NCBI GenBank assembly: GCA_973895155.1
Contig: OZ316893.1
Span: 558,860 to 622,859 of the forward strand
Length of the DNA stretch: 64,000 bases
Origin: Marsupella aquatica
Lineage: Eukaryota > Plantae > Marchantiophyta
Direction of reading: 5' to 3'
In this document: in pieces, positions 39,101 through 51,719 of the stretch
Numbering within the stretch: position 1 is the first letter of the stretch
How the letters are laid out: each line of letters opens with the position of its first letter
The notes under the pieces: model-generated
Database searches by the model: none
What the model saw: the letters and a program-made list of their open reading frames with translations, nothing else
Told to the model about the DNA's origin: nothing
Translations under genes and position numbers: made by a program

Positions 39101-39467
39101 GCAAATGCTGAGGAGCTAGACCGAGAGGCAATTGATCCATGTCATTTGAGACCTTCCGCACAAATCAACAGGAACCCTAACATCCCAGCGCATCCTTTCA
39201 GGACGGAATTCCAATCGCATCAAACCCACACTTCAGACCTTCTCCAGGACGAGCAAGGGGTCGGGCATACTCCAGATTTGCATATTGTTCTGTTACTAGC
39301 AAACCAGAGACAAAGGACAGAAAGCAAAATGCATACCCAGCTGCAAGACCAATCGACGACCATGCTGCTGCTGCTGGGGCGGCAGACACCGCAGACGAAG
39401 CATCGATGGAGCCATGAAAAATGTTGGCAAGTCGAGCTCCGGCCCTGCGTGCACTTCCCGAAGCCAT
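36101..39467 (-). CDS. ATP3: Mitochondrial F1 ATP synthase gamma subunit, multi-exon
   Basis: Spliced exons give [71 protein letters not shown] and [24 protein letters not shown], with GT-AG junctions. Presequence [13 protein letters not shown]; the 5' exon structure is less certain. Confidence 0.93.
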
Positions 39468-39859
39468 CCCTAAGTCCCCTCCTTACTTAGCCCACCGAGC
39501 AAGATTTCCGAGCGAAGCGAGGGCTCCCCCTAACAAAAGTGTTGTCTGTCCGTTTATCTTGCGTCCACAGGAGGAAATGCCTCAACCGACCTCTTCAAGT
39601 TGCGATCAAATTGACGAATCAATCGAGCGCTCCCAAAGACTCACAAAGGTAGCGCACTTCTGCACCAACACTACATCGAGAGGTAGCGCCAATGCACCAA
39701 GGAACCATACTGCACAGTCATAACCATGCCTCTGTGCCCCGACCGACTACCGTTTTAGAGTATAGTGCAGTACGGTCAGTAGACTCTCCTTCGTCTCCTT
39801 GTTTGTGGCCGGACGCCCGGACCAGCGTAACTCTAACTGAGAGGGGTCCCAGGCAGCCA

Positions 39860-40945
39860 CTTTTTATTTTGTTTTTAAAAGTTAGCCAACCAAATATACA
39901 CATACTTTTTACACAAATAGGCCAAATAGAGTACAAAAGAATAAACAAGAGAGGTCCCAAGTGGACAAAACCAAACTAAAGTGAGCAAAAGGAAACCCTA
40001 AAAACCAAGAAAGAGAAACTAAAAGAAGTGAGCAAAAGGAAACCCCTAAAAACCAAGAAAGAGGAACGAAAACTACCGCAAATGGACCGAGGTCTTCATC
40101 ATACCTAGCAAATGTGGCAACAAGCTAGTGGTCTACATCAAGTGTCGAAACTAGATCGGCAAGTGGGACAGGAATGTCCTCTAGGGGCGCTAGCCGCTGC
40201 GGAGTCACACTAGCACCCACTGTCAGAGATCGACGATAGACGGCCCGAGCTTGAGCACGCTGTAAGGTGACTGAAATGCGTTGGCGAAAGTGCGTGGTCA
40301 AAACAGATAGCGGGGGCCTGGTGGGACCCATCCGGCCGTGAACATCCCGAGCAGCTTGGCGAAGAAGCCCGTCGAACTGATGATGGAGATGCCCAAATAT
40401 CTCAAGAGCAAGGGGCAGGAAGCTATCAGATGAAGCTCGTGCAGCATATTTGGCCTCCTTCGTTGTTGTTGCTCGTGATGCTGCTGCCCCTACCGTTGTT
40501 GTCGCTGTCCCAATGATGTCTTGGCGCAATGGGTTTGCCACCACTACATCTGCCAAAGTACGGTGACCTTCACGGACCATGGTAAGATCCACCCGTAACC
40601 GCTGTGATGGAGGGCCAGGTAACTCGAGCACCACCTCCTGCCGCGCGCAGACCAAAGAGCCAGAGAGAACCTGAGCAGTCGCATCTCTCACAGCGTCGTG
40701 AACAAAAGTGGTTTCGCCGCCCAAACTGCATCGAAGAAGATGGACACCTGTGGCATCACAAGGCTTCCCACAAGTGCAAGTAGGAGGTAAACCAGCAAGA
40801 AGTGGGTGGGGCAAGCCCATACGAAGACGCATGGCTGTCGCAACTCCGCTGAAGACATCCGCAGGTGAGGAGACTGGATTGGCCTGAAGCCAGCCTCCTG
40901 CGCCCTTCCCTCCGGAAGAAAGAATCCGAACCGAGCCAAGGTGGT
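39860..40945 (-). mobile_element. 5'-truncated non-LTR retrotransposon with CCHC knuckle and restriction-like endonuclease (CRE-like)
   Basis: GAGGWLQA...MRLRMGLP...CTCG...HLLRC...HDAVRD...RVDL...LADVVVANP...KEAKY...FLPLALEIFG in and upstream of ORF 40125-40832. T-rich 3' UTR with a duplicated ~40-bp block and an A-rich tail at ~39860-39880. Confidence 0.8.
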
Positions 40946-41094
40946 TAGTGTTTTTTTCAACTTTTGATTATTTTGTGACATGTTCAAAGTGATAATATTG
41001 CCATGATTTTTTTTGTATTTACAAATATGTCACAATTAGTAAAGATGACAAGATCAACAAAGTAACTAAGGTGAGAATATACTAAAACTGCAGC

Positions 41095-41528
41095 AAAATA
41101 CTTGATGGGACCGTCTAATGAATTAGTTCGTGGACCCCACCTGTTTTGATTGAGAAGGTCGAGAAAATTGTCACGATTACTTTGTTATCAGATCAACTTG
41201 CCGAGAGAGATTTAGTTATTATTCAATTGAAACACAATTCAGAATGCGAGTGGGCAACAGTTACTCAGGGTAAAAAAAATAGAAGGTGGGCACTCCTAAT
41301 AATTGAACAGTCTGTTACCTAGGGTAAATAAAATAGTTTTTTTTCAAACATTTTTACATCAAGATTTACGGTATGGCATCCTCAATTTTATGAAAATCAT
41401 GTCACACACACGAATGTTGAAATAATTTTATTTTGTAAACCAATTCGTACCTGTTTGCAACGCGTCTCAATGATGTGGCACGCTGTGGAGTCTCGAATTT
41501 TGGAAGGGACCTCTAGTGGGGTCCGTAA
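41095..41528 (-). mobile_element. Putative short non-autonomous Helentron/Helitron2 derivative
   Basis: Minus-strand 5' end TACGGACCCCACTAGAGGTCC (also at 51304). Subterminal complement GTGGGGTCCACGAACTAATT at 41140-41121 (also at 41580-41558). Confidence 0.45.
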
Positions 41529-41642
41529 AGATATTCTTTACAAGCCCCTAACTTTTCAATTAGTTCGTGGACCCCCCACCTATTTTTTATTGAAAAGTGG
41601 ATAGTTATTGATACAAATAAAAATGTGTTAAAAAGTAGATAA

Positions 41643-42631
41643 TTATTGATATAGATAAATATGTTTCCGACATTGGGTATCTTTATTGGGACTCGTCATT
41701 TGTTTTTGCATGATACACCACATTGTTCTGAAAAATGAAACTTGTACTACATCACGGAAACAACTGTCACATCGCGTTGAATTTCCGCTTGGATGTGGTG
41801 GGTTGTTCCGTTGTTGTTTGGGCAGGACGTCAGATAGCAGCCCCTGGTCGCTGCTCCTCCTCAGCCTGTCGATTAGGGACTGGGATTGCTGATGTGTCAA
41901 CCCTACCAACATATCAAGTGGCATCTTGAAATCATGCCTCAGTCTGGTCATTTGCTCTAGACGAGCTCCCTTTGTGACTTGGATGTACTCACGCATCCCG
42001 TCCTTGTAAGTGAGCTGGTCTTCCTCGAACGGAACTGCCATGTACCTAAGAATCTCCTTCATGACACCTGCATTTGTTTTCAACACGGAGTTAGTGCTTA
42101 ATGTGTGCATGAGATGGTTTAATTCATTTATTGGGGGTTTTCTCTTTGTGCTTACCAGTCGTCGGTTATCTTCGTAATGATCGTAGAAGTCGGCCTTGAA
42201 CACTTTCCTCTCCTCGATCATCTTCGACAGATCTCTCCTCTTGATCCCGTTCACCATCTCAGTTGTCTCCATTCCGAGACCGTTGCCGAAAGCAATTTGT
42301 TTAGCCGTTACCTCCTCGTCAGTCCGGAAGTCATCCGACGGCAGCTCTCTCATGATCATCCTTGCCATCTCCACGGCTGTCATGGGCTGCACAGGAAAGA
42401 CGTGAACAATGTGTTAGAACAATAGTGCCCGTCAATGTTAATGAATCTTGCAACTTTCGTATCATCATTTCATTATATATCGCTTGCATCAACAATGTGA
42501 AGTATGAAGTGGACACTGTTTACCTGAACTGTTGTAGGAGTAGCGCTCGTCGGATTGCTATTTGCGCCTGTCATCGTTTCTCGTTGTTGTTGTGATGCCT
42601 TCGCTGCCTTGTTGCCTTTGGTGGTCGACAT
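41643..42631 (-). CDS. Unknown spliced gene downstream of RepHel (exons 42631-42524 and 42386-41643)
   Basis: ATG at 42631, 108-nt exon, gtaaac...tgtgcag intron joining in frame to the 249-aa ORF. No domain recognised; 3' end uncertain. Confidence 0.45.
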
Positions 42632-45288
42632 CTGCTTGTTGAACACGACGAATTGGTAAGTGGAACACTTTGCAGTCCGGCGGCATAAGATCTCCAACAA
42701 TGCGCATGAATGCTCTATTTGTGACCCTACTCAACATAACGTACACCAGTCCCGGTGTGAATGCACTGTTTATTTCTAGCATGACCTTGCCCGCTAGTGT
42801 GCAACCTTGGCTCTTGTGACCTGTTATGGCATATCCGAGCATGAGAGGGAAAGTGGATTTCAGATGGGTTTGCTGTCCCGAGATGAACTTGTTCTCGTGA
42901 ACCGTGCGGTTGATCTTTACGAGGCAGTGGTTGGAAGACATTCTCACAAAAATTGACATTTTGCCTTCGGCTTCTGTAGTGATTTTCTCCATGGTTGGTG
43001 AAGTAGTCGTAGAAGGACATTGCAAACATGTCCTCGGGCCTCTGTGCGTAGAGCCTGGTGGAATGCAAACATATCCCTGAGGACTTACGGTAGATGGCGG
43101 ACCTCAGTTCCGGAGGCGACGAGTCCATGAACGCCACTTTCTCCGAGCGATGGATGATGCTGATTTTGAGGCACGTCAAGGCCGCCTCCGTGGTGCACAC
43201 GCTCCAAGATAGGACGGCTCCGCTGACGAGCTTGAGTTGGACTTCAGACAGGTCCTCGAGTCCTAGAGTGCGTGCATCATTCGCATTGAGTTGGAGTGAT
43301 CCCAGGGGCTCGCATTTGATCGCGTACTTGAGCAAATAGAATGACCAGGCCGCGTTTGTGATGCGCTGCAGGTTCATGTGCGCGCCCCACAACAACAACA
43401 CGAGCGGGTGGTATGGCACGACGTTTCAGTGGTGGTCGCTTGGCCTGTGGTACCTCCATTTCCCCGTGGCCGGGTCGATGGCCGCATCTTTGTCAAGGTG
43501 AGTTTCTTGGGGAAAACCCAACTTGCAGTACTTGGGGCCTGTTTGGGAGTGCCTTTGCAAGCACAAGCCCTCCTTGCAGTAGTGAAGTTGTTTCGTCACC
43601 ACGTTGCGATATAGGGTCTTTTCTTCATGTCCATTTGGCTCTTCAAATCTGCCGGATGTCGAGTTGAATCTGCCAGGGATGAATGCGGCAATTTCGTTCG
43701 TGACTCGATCGACGTCGCAATCCTTGACCCATAGCACCGTGTGGGCGTGGAGTGATCCGCGGCCCTGCAACTCATACCTGATGACATAGTGGATCACATT
43801 TCCGATTATGGCGCATTTTGACAAAATGTAATCCCTGAAAAAACGTTGGATTCATTCGTGGAAGAGCACGGCGCATTCGACAGGACAATCTTTCCATGAG
43901 AGGGTCGGATTCATCCTCTTCACGAGGTTCTCGAGGTCGGCGATCTCAGGCCAACGGGTGTCGCTGAGCTCGTCGCAAGTGAGCGTGAGGAAGAAGTGGG
44001 GCAGTCCCCATTTTCTCACCATGCACTTGAGGTCATCGAGGTGTCTTCCGTGCCACGCCGGGCTCCCAGGAACGGCCTGTGTGATTGTCTTTTTTATCAG
44101 CATTTTGTATATTTCCTTCTCGCTAAAGTGGGGGCACTTTTGCTTGATTTGCATGTATTCCTTGTCGATTACTATCGTCCTGCTCATGCTTGCTACTTGG
44201 CTGGCCTGTCGCAATTGGTACATGATAAGCATGTACGGCTTGTACAAAGTGAATATGCTGAACAATTGTTGTGTCCTCCGTTTCATGTAGTCGATCAAGC
44301 TGAGTTGTCCTCGATGGAAACCCCTTGAGTGGACAAACAAGAACGGGAACATTGCATTTTCCAATGTCAATTGTGGATTGTTCGATAGTCCTTCCGCGTC
44401 GGTGTTGACGCTCTCTTCGGAGCACATTCTCTTGCGGTCGTACACGGTGCCGGAACGAAAGACCTGGTACTTGCGCTTGCGTGAAGTCGGGATCCTGTAC
44501 TGCACATCTTGGAGGATGTGCAGGTCGGGGTCGAATGGGTCAAAGTTCATGGATCTCGTGGTGATTCCCTTTGCCCACTTGTCTTTGATGATGTTCTCTA
44601 CTCCGTCGGAACTTAGGATGCACAGTCCCAGTGACGGGTCTGGCAACTCGACTAATGAAACGTATCTTCTGAAAAGTTGGTTGGTCGTCAAATTGAGTTC
44701 CATGACCTTGTATATCTGTCGCATGATCTCCTCTCGATTATTGCACTCTAGCGTGTCGAGATTCCAGGATATGAGCGGGTTGTCAAGGAGGCTTTCCTTT
44801 TTGTAGAAGCCAGAGTGGAAGCCATTGTACTTTTGTATGATGCCTAGTCGACAATCGATTAGCGAGAGCAATTGCATATACAACAGCTTCGCGGCTAGGA
44901 TGTCGATCGCATATTGCGGAGATATGAAGGAGTTTATCTGGATACGGGCGGGGTTTCGCACGCAAGTCACGCACACATTGATTGTTCCATCTTGGTTTTC
45001 AATGTACTGGTTGACAAATGCGTTGCATATGCCGTATGGCGTCAAGTTCACCTTTGGTACGGTGGTGAATGTTTTGTCGATCCTCGGAGTGTTTCCGTAT
45101 CGAACTAGTCCGCACATCCCGCACACCTTCATGCCTTGGATTGTCTTTTGGCAGACGGCTCTCCATTCTTGGAGATACAATGGGGCTGAGGCCCATCCTT
45201 GACATAACGGACTCAGGGACTCGGCATAGGTGTTTATTGCACGCCTTCGTGCGGCATGTCTCTTCTCGGACATTGTACGCCGTGACAT
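42558..45288 (-). pseudogene. Helitron Rep-helicase with frameshifts and a large internal deletion of the helicase
   Basis: GSPAWH...GLPHFFLTLTCDE..WPEI (Rep motif 1), YELQGRGSLHAHTVLW (HUH), YLLKYAIKCEP (Y2). The sequence then jumps at ~42990 to the PIF1 C-terminus FPLMLGYAITGHKSQGCTL...GLVYVMLSRV; no Walker A is present. Confidence 0.9.
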
Positions 45289-45618
45289 TTTTGTGGAGAC
45301 CTATGCAAAGGATTATGAACTCGTGAATTTTCTTAGCTAGGTTCCATCCAAAATTCACTCAATGAAATTCCAAAAACGAGACTTGCTTATCACGATCTCG
45401 TAGTTACCAAGAAGAGTTGGTTGCTTGACTCCAACCCAAGTTAGTAGAGCGCCAAACACCTCTTCAAAGTCATGCCATAAACACTACTCAAAGGTCATGC
45501 CATAAACACTATATACTCGAAGGTGATGCCACTCATGAAGCAAGCGGCCGCGCCTGTATCCACCAACGCAACACCCAGATTACCGTTAGAACTTGTGACA
45601 TTCACAAAAACTGGCTTG

Positions 45619-46113
45619 TCAAGATTTATTGTTACGTAATTTCTCTCGCAACAACACCTTCTCTTCGATAGGCATATCCCCTACAGGGACCTCATCAACT
45701 ACTAAGGGTTCGGTTAGAGCAATACTTTTATTATTGCCCTGCTGCCCTCCATCTCCGCTCGGCTTGCCACCTTTGGTGGAACAATCCTTACTACAATGAT
45801 GACCCATGGCGCCACACGTGAATCACTATAAAGTTGTTCAGTTGTGTATGTAGGGTCTCTTGCCCGTCGGAATACACACCAACTGGTTTTGATAATAAGT
45901 GATTAGCTTTTGGATATCACCCCTAAAGCTCATTTACCAAGACTTGTACCAAGTCAAGGCATAGTTCTCCTAGGTATTTCGGTTAGAGCTTTACTTAATG
46001 CCCTTCTGCCCTCCATCTCTGCTTGGCTTGCCACCTTTGGTGGAACAATCCTTACTTTGATGACCCATGGCGCCACACGTGAATCACTAGAAAGTTTTGG
46101 GTATCACCCCTAA
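45619..46113 (-). pseudogene. Gag-like CCHC zinc-knuckle relic, partly duplicated
   Basis: TCGAMGHHCSKDC at ~45780-45822, with a near-copy of the same DNA at ~46010-46090. Confidence 0.5.
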
Positions 46114-46419
46114 AGCTCATTTACGTTACACATCTCTAAGCGTTCCGCTCTAGATACTTAGTGGTGACATGAGCACGAAGAACCTCAACTAGGTTTTCCC
46201 AAGTTAACGGCAAGTAGGAGTCCTCTTGTGACTTCTTCCAAGACTTGTACCAAGTCAAGGCATAGTTCTCCCAGGTATTTTGGTTAGAGCAATACTTACA
46301 TTAAGGTATAGTTACCAATCAAGGTATAGTTCTCCTAGGTATGCAAAACCCTATCGCATCATTCACATGATAATACGGTTTAGGTGGTGTTGGAGACACC
46401 CAAGTAAACCCGCAAGTAA

Positions 46420-46719
46420 ATGGGCGTGGGCAAAAGCTACCATGTTAGCCGAATCAAGAAATTTGTCCAAGACGATGATCCCAACCGGGATCAAGTCTTG
46501 CATTTGGACGCTATGCTAATGGAGGACGCTGAGGAGTTTGAGGTGGAGGCAATTCTATACGTTTGTTACAAACGCAAGTTGGGAAGGCAAATCTTAGAGT
46601 ATTTGGTGAAGTGGGCTGGTTATGACCAGGCCAAGAATAATTGGCAACCGGAAGAAAATTTGGGTAATGTCTCAGAGATTTTTGGAAGCTATTGTAAGCG
46701 AAGCGACCTACCGCCTTAG
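46420..46719 (+). pseudogene. Chromovirus integrase C-terminus with chromodomain (fragment)
   Basis: YHVSRIKKF followed by EEFEVEAIL...EYLVKWAGY...NNWQPEENLGN. Confidence 0.85.
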
Positions 46720-46841
46720 TTTGTGAATTGGTACAGGCAACTATAGAACCTTGTAATCTAATCTAATGAATTATATAGGTTTAATACTCAGTCAATATAA
46801 AGATATATTTGTATATATATGTATATATTAAATTTTTTTAC

Positions 46842-48278
46842 TTCATGTTCTTTACAAAGTGAGGATCTTTGTTGCAATTCAAAATTGTAATGACAAAAAG
46901 CAATTCAAACATGGCTATGATTTGGAGTTGGTCCGGATTCAAAGCACACTAAACCGTCTTAAAAGGACCGCAACAGAGTAAATGCCAAATTAAATAACCA
47001 AAAATTATATTAGAAAATAGTAAGGAGTTTAGGGTTCAATAATCATGTTAGGGACCACACAAAAAGCAGGAAGAACTTGATGTCAGGAGACAACAAACCT
47101 GTATGTAGAAGCGTTGTTTAACTTATCCGGAGCTTCACTTCTCTAGGAAACTTGAAAACTCACGTCCAACTTCCCGAACACCATTAAGTAAGTTAGCCGA
47201 TACACCATGCCCTTTCTGCAAAAAGACTTGTGTGAGTACCAAACAAACTTTAAACCTCTAGTAAGTTACACTAACACGGAAACAATTCTAAGTATGCTTT
47301 AATTTGGGTTCATCTTTGCCAATCTAGTTCTTTGTCCACCCTCCCCCATACTTTTTTTTTTCATTTTTTAAGTTGTGTGATTATTAAAGACTCATTGTCA
47401 GTTTTGTTTTTATTGGGAGTTGCCAACTCTAGACCATAGGCCTTAAGTAGCTTTGCAAATTATTAGTAAGATAGCTTAGCCTATAAAATACATCTCACAT
47501 AAAATTGTGACTCATTTAAGTTTATTTCAGGTGTCAATCTAATTTCATGTTGTTTACGAAGTGAGGATCTTTGTTGCAATTCAAAATTGTAATGACAAAA
47601 AACAATTCAGACATGGCTATGATTTGGAATTGGTCTGGATTCCAAGCAAACTAAACCGTCTTAAAAGGACCGCAACAAAGTAAATGCCAAATTAAAAAAC
47701 CAAAAATTATATTAGAAAATAGCAAGGAGTTTAGGGTTCAATAATCATGTTAGGGACCACACAAAAAGCACGAAGAACTTGATGTCAAGAGACAACAAAC
47801 CTGTATGTAGAAGCGTTGTTTAACTTATCCGGAGCTTCACTTCTCTAGGTAACTTGAAAACTCACATCCAACTTCCCGAACACCATTAAGTAAGTCGGCT
47901 TACACAGCATGCCCTTTTTGCAAGAAGACTTGTGTGAGTACCAAACAAACTTTCCATTAGATAAAGTGTCCACCTGTAGTAAGTTACACTAACTAGGCCT
48001 CTTACCCAAGGTTCCTTGAAAGTAGAGATATGTAGAAAGAGAGAGCTTGCACGGAAACAATTCTAAGTATGCTTTAATTTGGGTTCATCTTTGCCCATAT
48101 AGTTCTTTGTTCACCCTCCCCCATACTGTTTTTTTGTTTATCTTCATTTTTTAAGTTGTGTGATTATTAAAGACTCATTATCAGTTTTGTCTTTATTGGG
48201 AGTTGCTAACTCTAGACCATAGGCCTTAATTAGCTTTGAAAATTATTAGTAAGATAGCCTAGCCTATCAAATACATCT
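46842..48278. repeat. ~700-bp tandem duplication (46842-47497 and 47544-48278)
   Basis: Both copies start ttcatgtt.tttac.aagtgaggatctttgttgcaattcaaaattg and are colinear; the second has two short insertions. Confidence 0.9.
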
Positions 48279-50658
48279 GACTATAAATTTCAGTCTAATT
48301 ATAGGCTCTAAGTATGGGTAGGGTTTCTCTACTTGCAGATTGCTACTGTCTGTTATGATTCTGGCCTCCTTGAAATAAGGATTTGTCCTATGCAGTGATT
48401 TGGCAGCAGCCCAAGTTGTATTAACGAACTGCTGTCGTGTGTTACTCCTTTTTAGTTCGTCGGGTGTTTACTAGGACTGAATGCGTTTACTATTTTGAAG
48501 TTGAGTTGTGATCATCTGCTCTCCTTTCAAGATCAGTCTCGATTACCAAAACCCTTCGGCTTGCAGGAACTCAACTGTGATGCATTACAATGACTTTTTT
48601 GGGCCAGCTTAATCGAGACGATTGTTCATTTGCTCTCCTTTCAAGATCGGCTTGTGGGAGGTTGCTAAGTTCAAGGCTATAGAATCTCAATACATGGAGG
48701 CATTTCAACTGTAGCTATTTGATGTATAGTATAAGTTAGTTTCCTTGCTCGTGAAGGAAAAAATGGTGAATGCCCTAATCATAGGCGCTTTGGTGTAAGT
48801 CTTGGCCAAACTACTTGACACTGAACATGAATTTTGAGGTGCCAATTTAGGGACAGCATTGCAATTGCCAAGTGGACGTCGTCAGCAAGTTTGGCTATAA
48901 ATGACTGCGAAAGTGTATGTTGCTGACTTCAATTCCTGAAAGCACATGATATTACAGTCCCCAAGGGCGAAGAGTCTATTATTGAGCACTGACTCCATGC
49001 TGAGGACAAGATCGTTCCTAACTCGACTCCACATATTTACAGTTCTCGCCCGAGAATGACAATTAATTACTCAGTGTGTTTGACAAGGAGGTGCTCATAA
49101 GAAAGTTGACCTTGTTCGATCGATCTACTTTTGCCTTTTTCTTCTGCTCAGGTCGCTGCCTTACAGCTCTTCTCTGCCCCGATCGTGTATGGCCCACTCG
49201 AACAAAACAATCTATCTGGAAAAACATGGTGGGAAATCTTAGGGCGCAGTAAAGTTAAGAGCCACCAACAAAGGTATGGGCCAAACATGTATCTGTAAGG
49301 AGTCTCTGGAGCAGAATGATGCAGATTATAAGTGACTCTAAATTCTCACGCGACATTGATATCTTATTTATTAATGCTTTGTGACATGATTCCAACCAGT
49401 TTCAATTCAGCACCAATTTTGGTCGACATGGATTGGCTTCCAATCAAAGTGTTGCCTGCTGCTCAAAATTAATCTAATATCCACAAACTTGAGTCGAAAG
49501 CAGATTGAAAAAGTTACAAAACAAAGGCAGAGTCGATCATTTTATTAAACAAGGAAATTAAACAGTGAAGTCCTGATTGGAATTTGGAACAGAAAACTAA
49601 ACTTCCCTACTGCTTTGCGCAATTCAGCACACGACAAGGGAGATGAAACGAGGTTTTTCAATGTGCAGAATTGTAAACCGACCTTTACTCCTCTTCAATG
49701 CCGACAGTAAATTTCTATGAATCACAATCAGACATTGGGTTTAGTCTATGGAAACATCAAACTCAATCAGCGAGAACTGGTGAGACTAGGGACCTCCACT
49801 ACAAACCGCGGTTAGTAACAGGCTGTGTAAAAGTAATTAACTGGAACTGCACTCACACGTTTTGTGAACACAATCAATCAAAGGTCAATAGTTAATATAT
49901 AGTTGACATCGGCGATTGCATTTTCCCGATTTTGTTTCTCTCCTGCAGCTTTTGGAAGAGCTAATTAAGGTTCCGTAATTTCTTGAGTCCTAATTTTGAG
50001 TACTGGCTGACTTGGCTTGTTTGTTCTCACTCAAATTCATCTCATCACAAGGCTCTGTGGTGAATTGTCATTTAGAGAATCATGTTCCAGACGAAAGAAT
50101 TGAAGGAAGGTTTACGTAGGAACAGGATGAACTCTGGGTCCGTGTGGCCGATTTAGAAAAGAAGCTACAAGAGCGCACGCAAGAACTGATAGAGGGAATC
50201 AGAAAGTTCTCGTACAGCAGAAAGTGCAGAATTTGGTATATTGCAGACCAAGATGAAGGAGTTGGAAAAGCTTCGAGAAACAGATGTAAGCTTTTGGTCG
50301 ATCTCCACGCACGTCCGTCATACTTGACGAGATGTTTTCATCTTCAGACTCAGGAGTAAATGGAAACATTACTTAATTACTGTTGAAAGGAAGGCAGAAG
50401 GGGAAGATTTAATTGACATGCTTTCATCTCGGACTTCGGAGCAAATGGAGTGCGGTAAACGGAAGAAATACGGAAAGCGGCAGGCGTACAATAAATCGAC
50501 ATGTTCTTGAATTGGACATCGCACAAAGGTGAATCTACTGCTAAAATGCGTCACCGGGCCATGCCCTGCGTAAGCAATTACCTCCCCTGTCGTGCATGGC
50601 TACTGTCCTCTCTTGTCGTGTATAGATTAGAGTTTTGACCTGCATTCGTTGCTAGTCA

Positions 50659-50712
50659 ATGTCCTTATCGATGTCCTTATCGATTCTCTTATCGATGTCC
50701 TTATCGATTCTC
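50659..50712. repeat. 12-bp minisatellite (ATCGATGTCCTT/ATCGATTCTCTT)
   Basis: About four tandem units. Confidence 0.8.
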
Positions 50713-51719
50713 TTTGCTTCTCCTTCTTTTTGCTCGATCTATTTGTTCTGATTAAGATGTGTTGCGCCTCTTTTCTGTCCTCGATCAGTTCTCATTTTTG
50801 CTCTCTTCATTCGGCTTCTGATCTTTTTTGATTTTGTTTCTCCAGCATTCCTCTTTACTTTGCACTTCAAGAGGCGAAACTCCTTTCAAGCTTTCCTCTT
50901 TTCATTACTTTCATCAAAAGCCTTCCTCCCTTTCGAAATGTTGATGTGCTTCTTTTGTTCTGACGGTTTTATTCGGCAGTTACACAGGAATACGGTTACT
51001 GTTTAAGTTGAACAATATTTACTTTTACAAAAAAACATTTATAAATTTAAGTTAAAGAGAATATGGGTGAATGTTTTTAATCTCGCCCTTTGTATCAATA
51101 GATTTGGATGAATTACTTTTAATTACTTTTACATTATGTTTTGACGGCACGGTGTCCATAAAATTACACGAAAAGTGACGTAAACAAGATGGAGAGGAGT
51201 TTATTCGTTGCGCAAACATGACCATTCTTGTTTGTTGCGGTTGTTGCTGACGTGGCACACTGTGGTGCCAGGAATTTTGGAAGGAACCTCTAGTGGGGTC
51301 CGTAAATATACTTAATGGGGTCCCTTTTCCATGTAACCCTTTCTCAAGACCTGTCATATTAGCCCAGGAGGGCATGACTTTGTGGTGGCTCATTTGAGTA
51401 GAGATTGATAGTTCTTGGATTCAACTATTGTGGCCGACTCTTCCCTTTCTGTGGGGTTTCACAGATTTCCCCTTAAAAAAATTAAAATTAAAAAGACCTA
51501 TCATATTGGTTTTTCTATTTTTTACTAATTAAATTAAAATTAATTATATTTTAACTAGTTACTGATATTTAAATATTTTTACTACGTTAATTATTAATTA
51601 GTAATTAGTAACAATTAATTTTATATTAGTTAATTATTTAGTATGTTACAATTAAAAAATGGAATTGAATTTTTTAACTTTCAACCTGAGTATCATTAGC
51701 CTGCCTGTTTTTAGGAGGG

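Larger units (their letters stand above)
41530..51305 (-). mobile_element. Helitron2/Helentron-like rolling-circle element, ~9.8 kb, boundaries inferred
   Basis: Contains a Rep-helicase gene on the same strand. Bounded by the 5' motif TACGGACCCCACTAGAGG (51304) and the 3' subterminal GTGGGGGGTCCACGAACTAA (41579-41560), followed by a GTAAAGA-TAT-TCTTTAC hairpin. Confidence 0.55.

Noticed and set aside
48300-51000. Protein-coding gene in the Helentron 5' region
   Set aside because: Only stop-riddled K/E/R-rich fragments and a 12-bp repeat; no supportable gene model.
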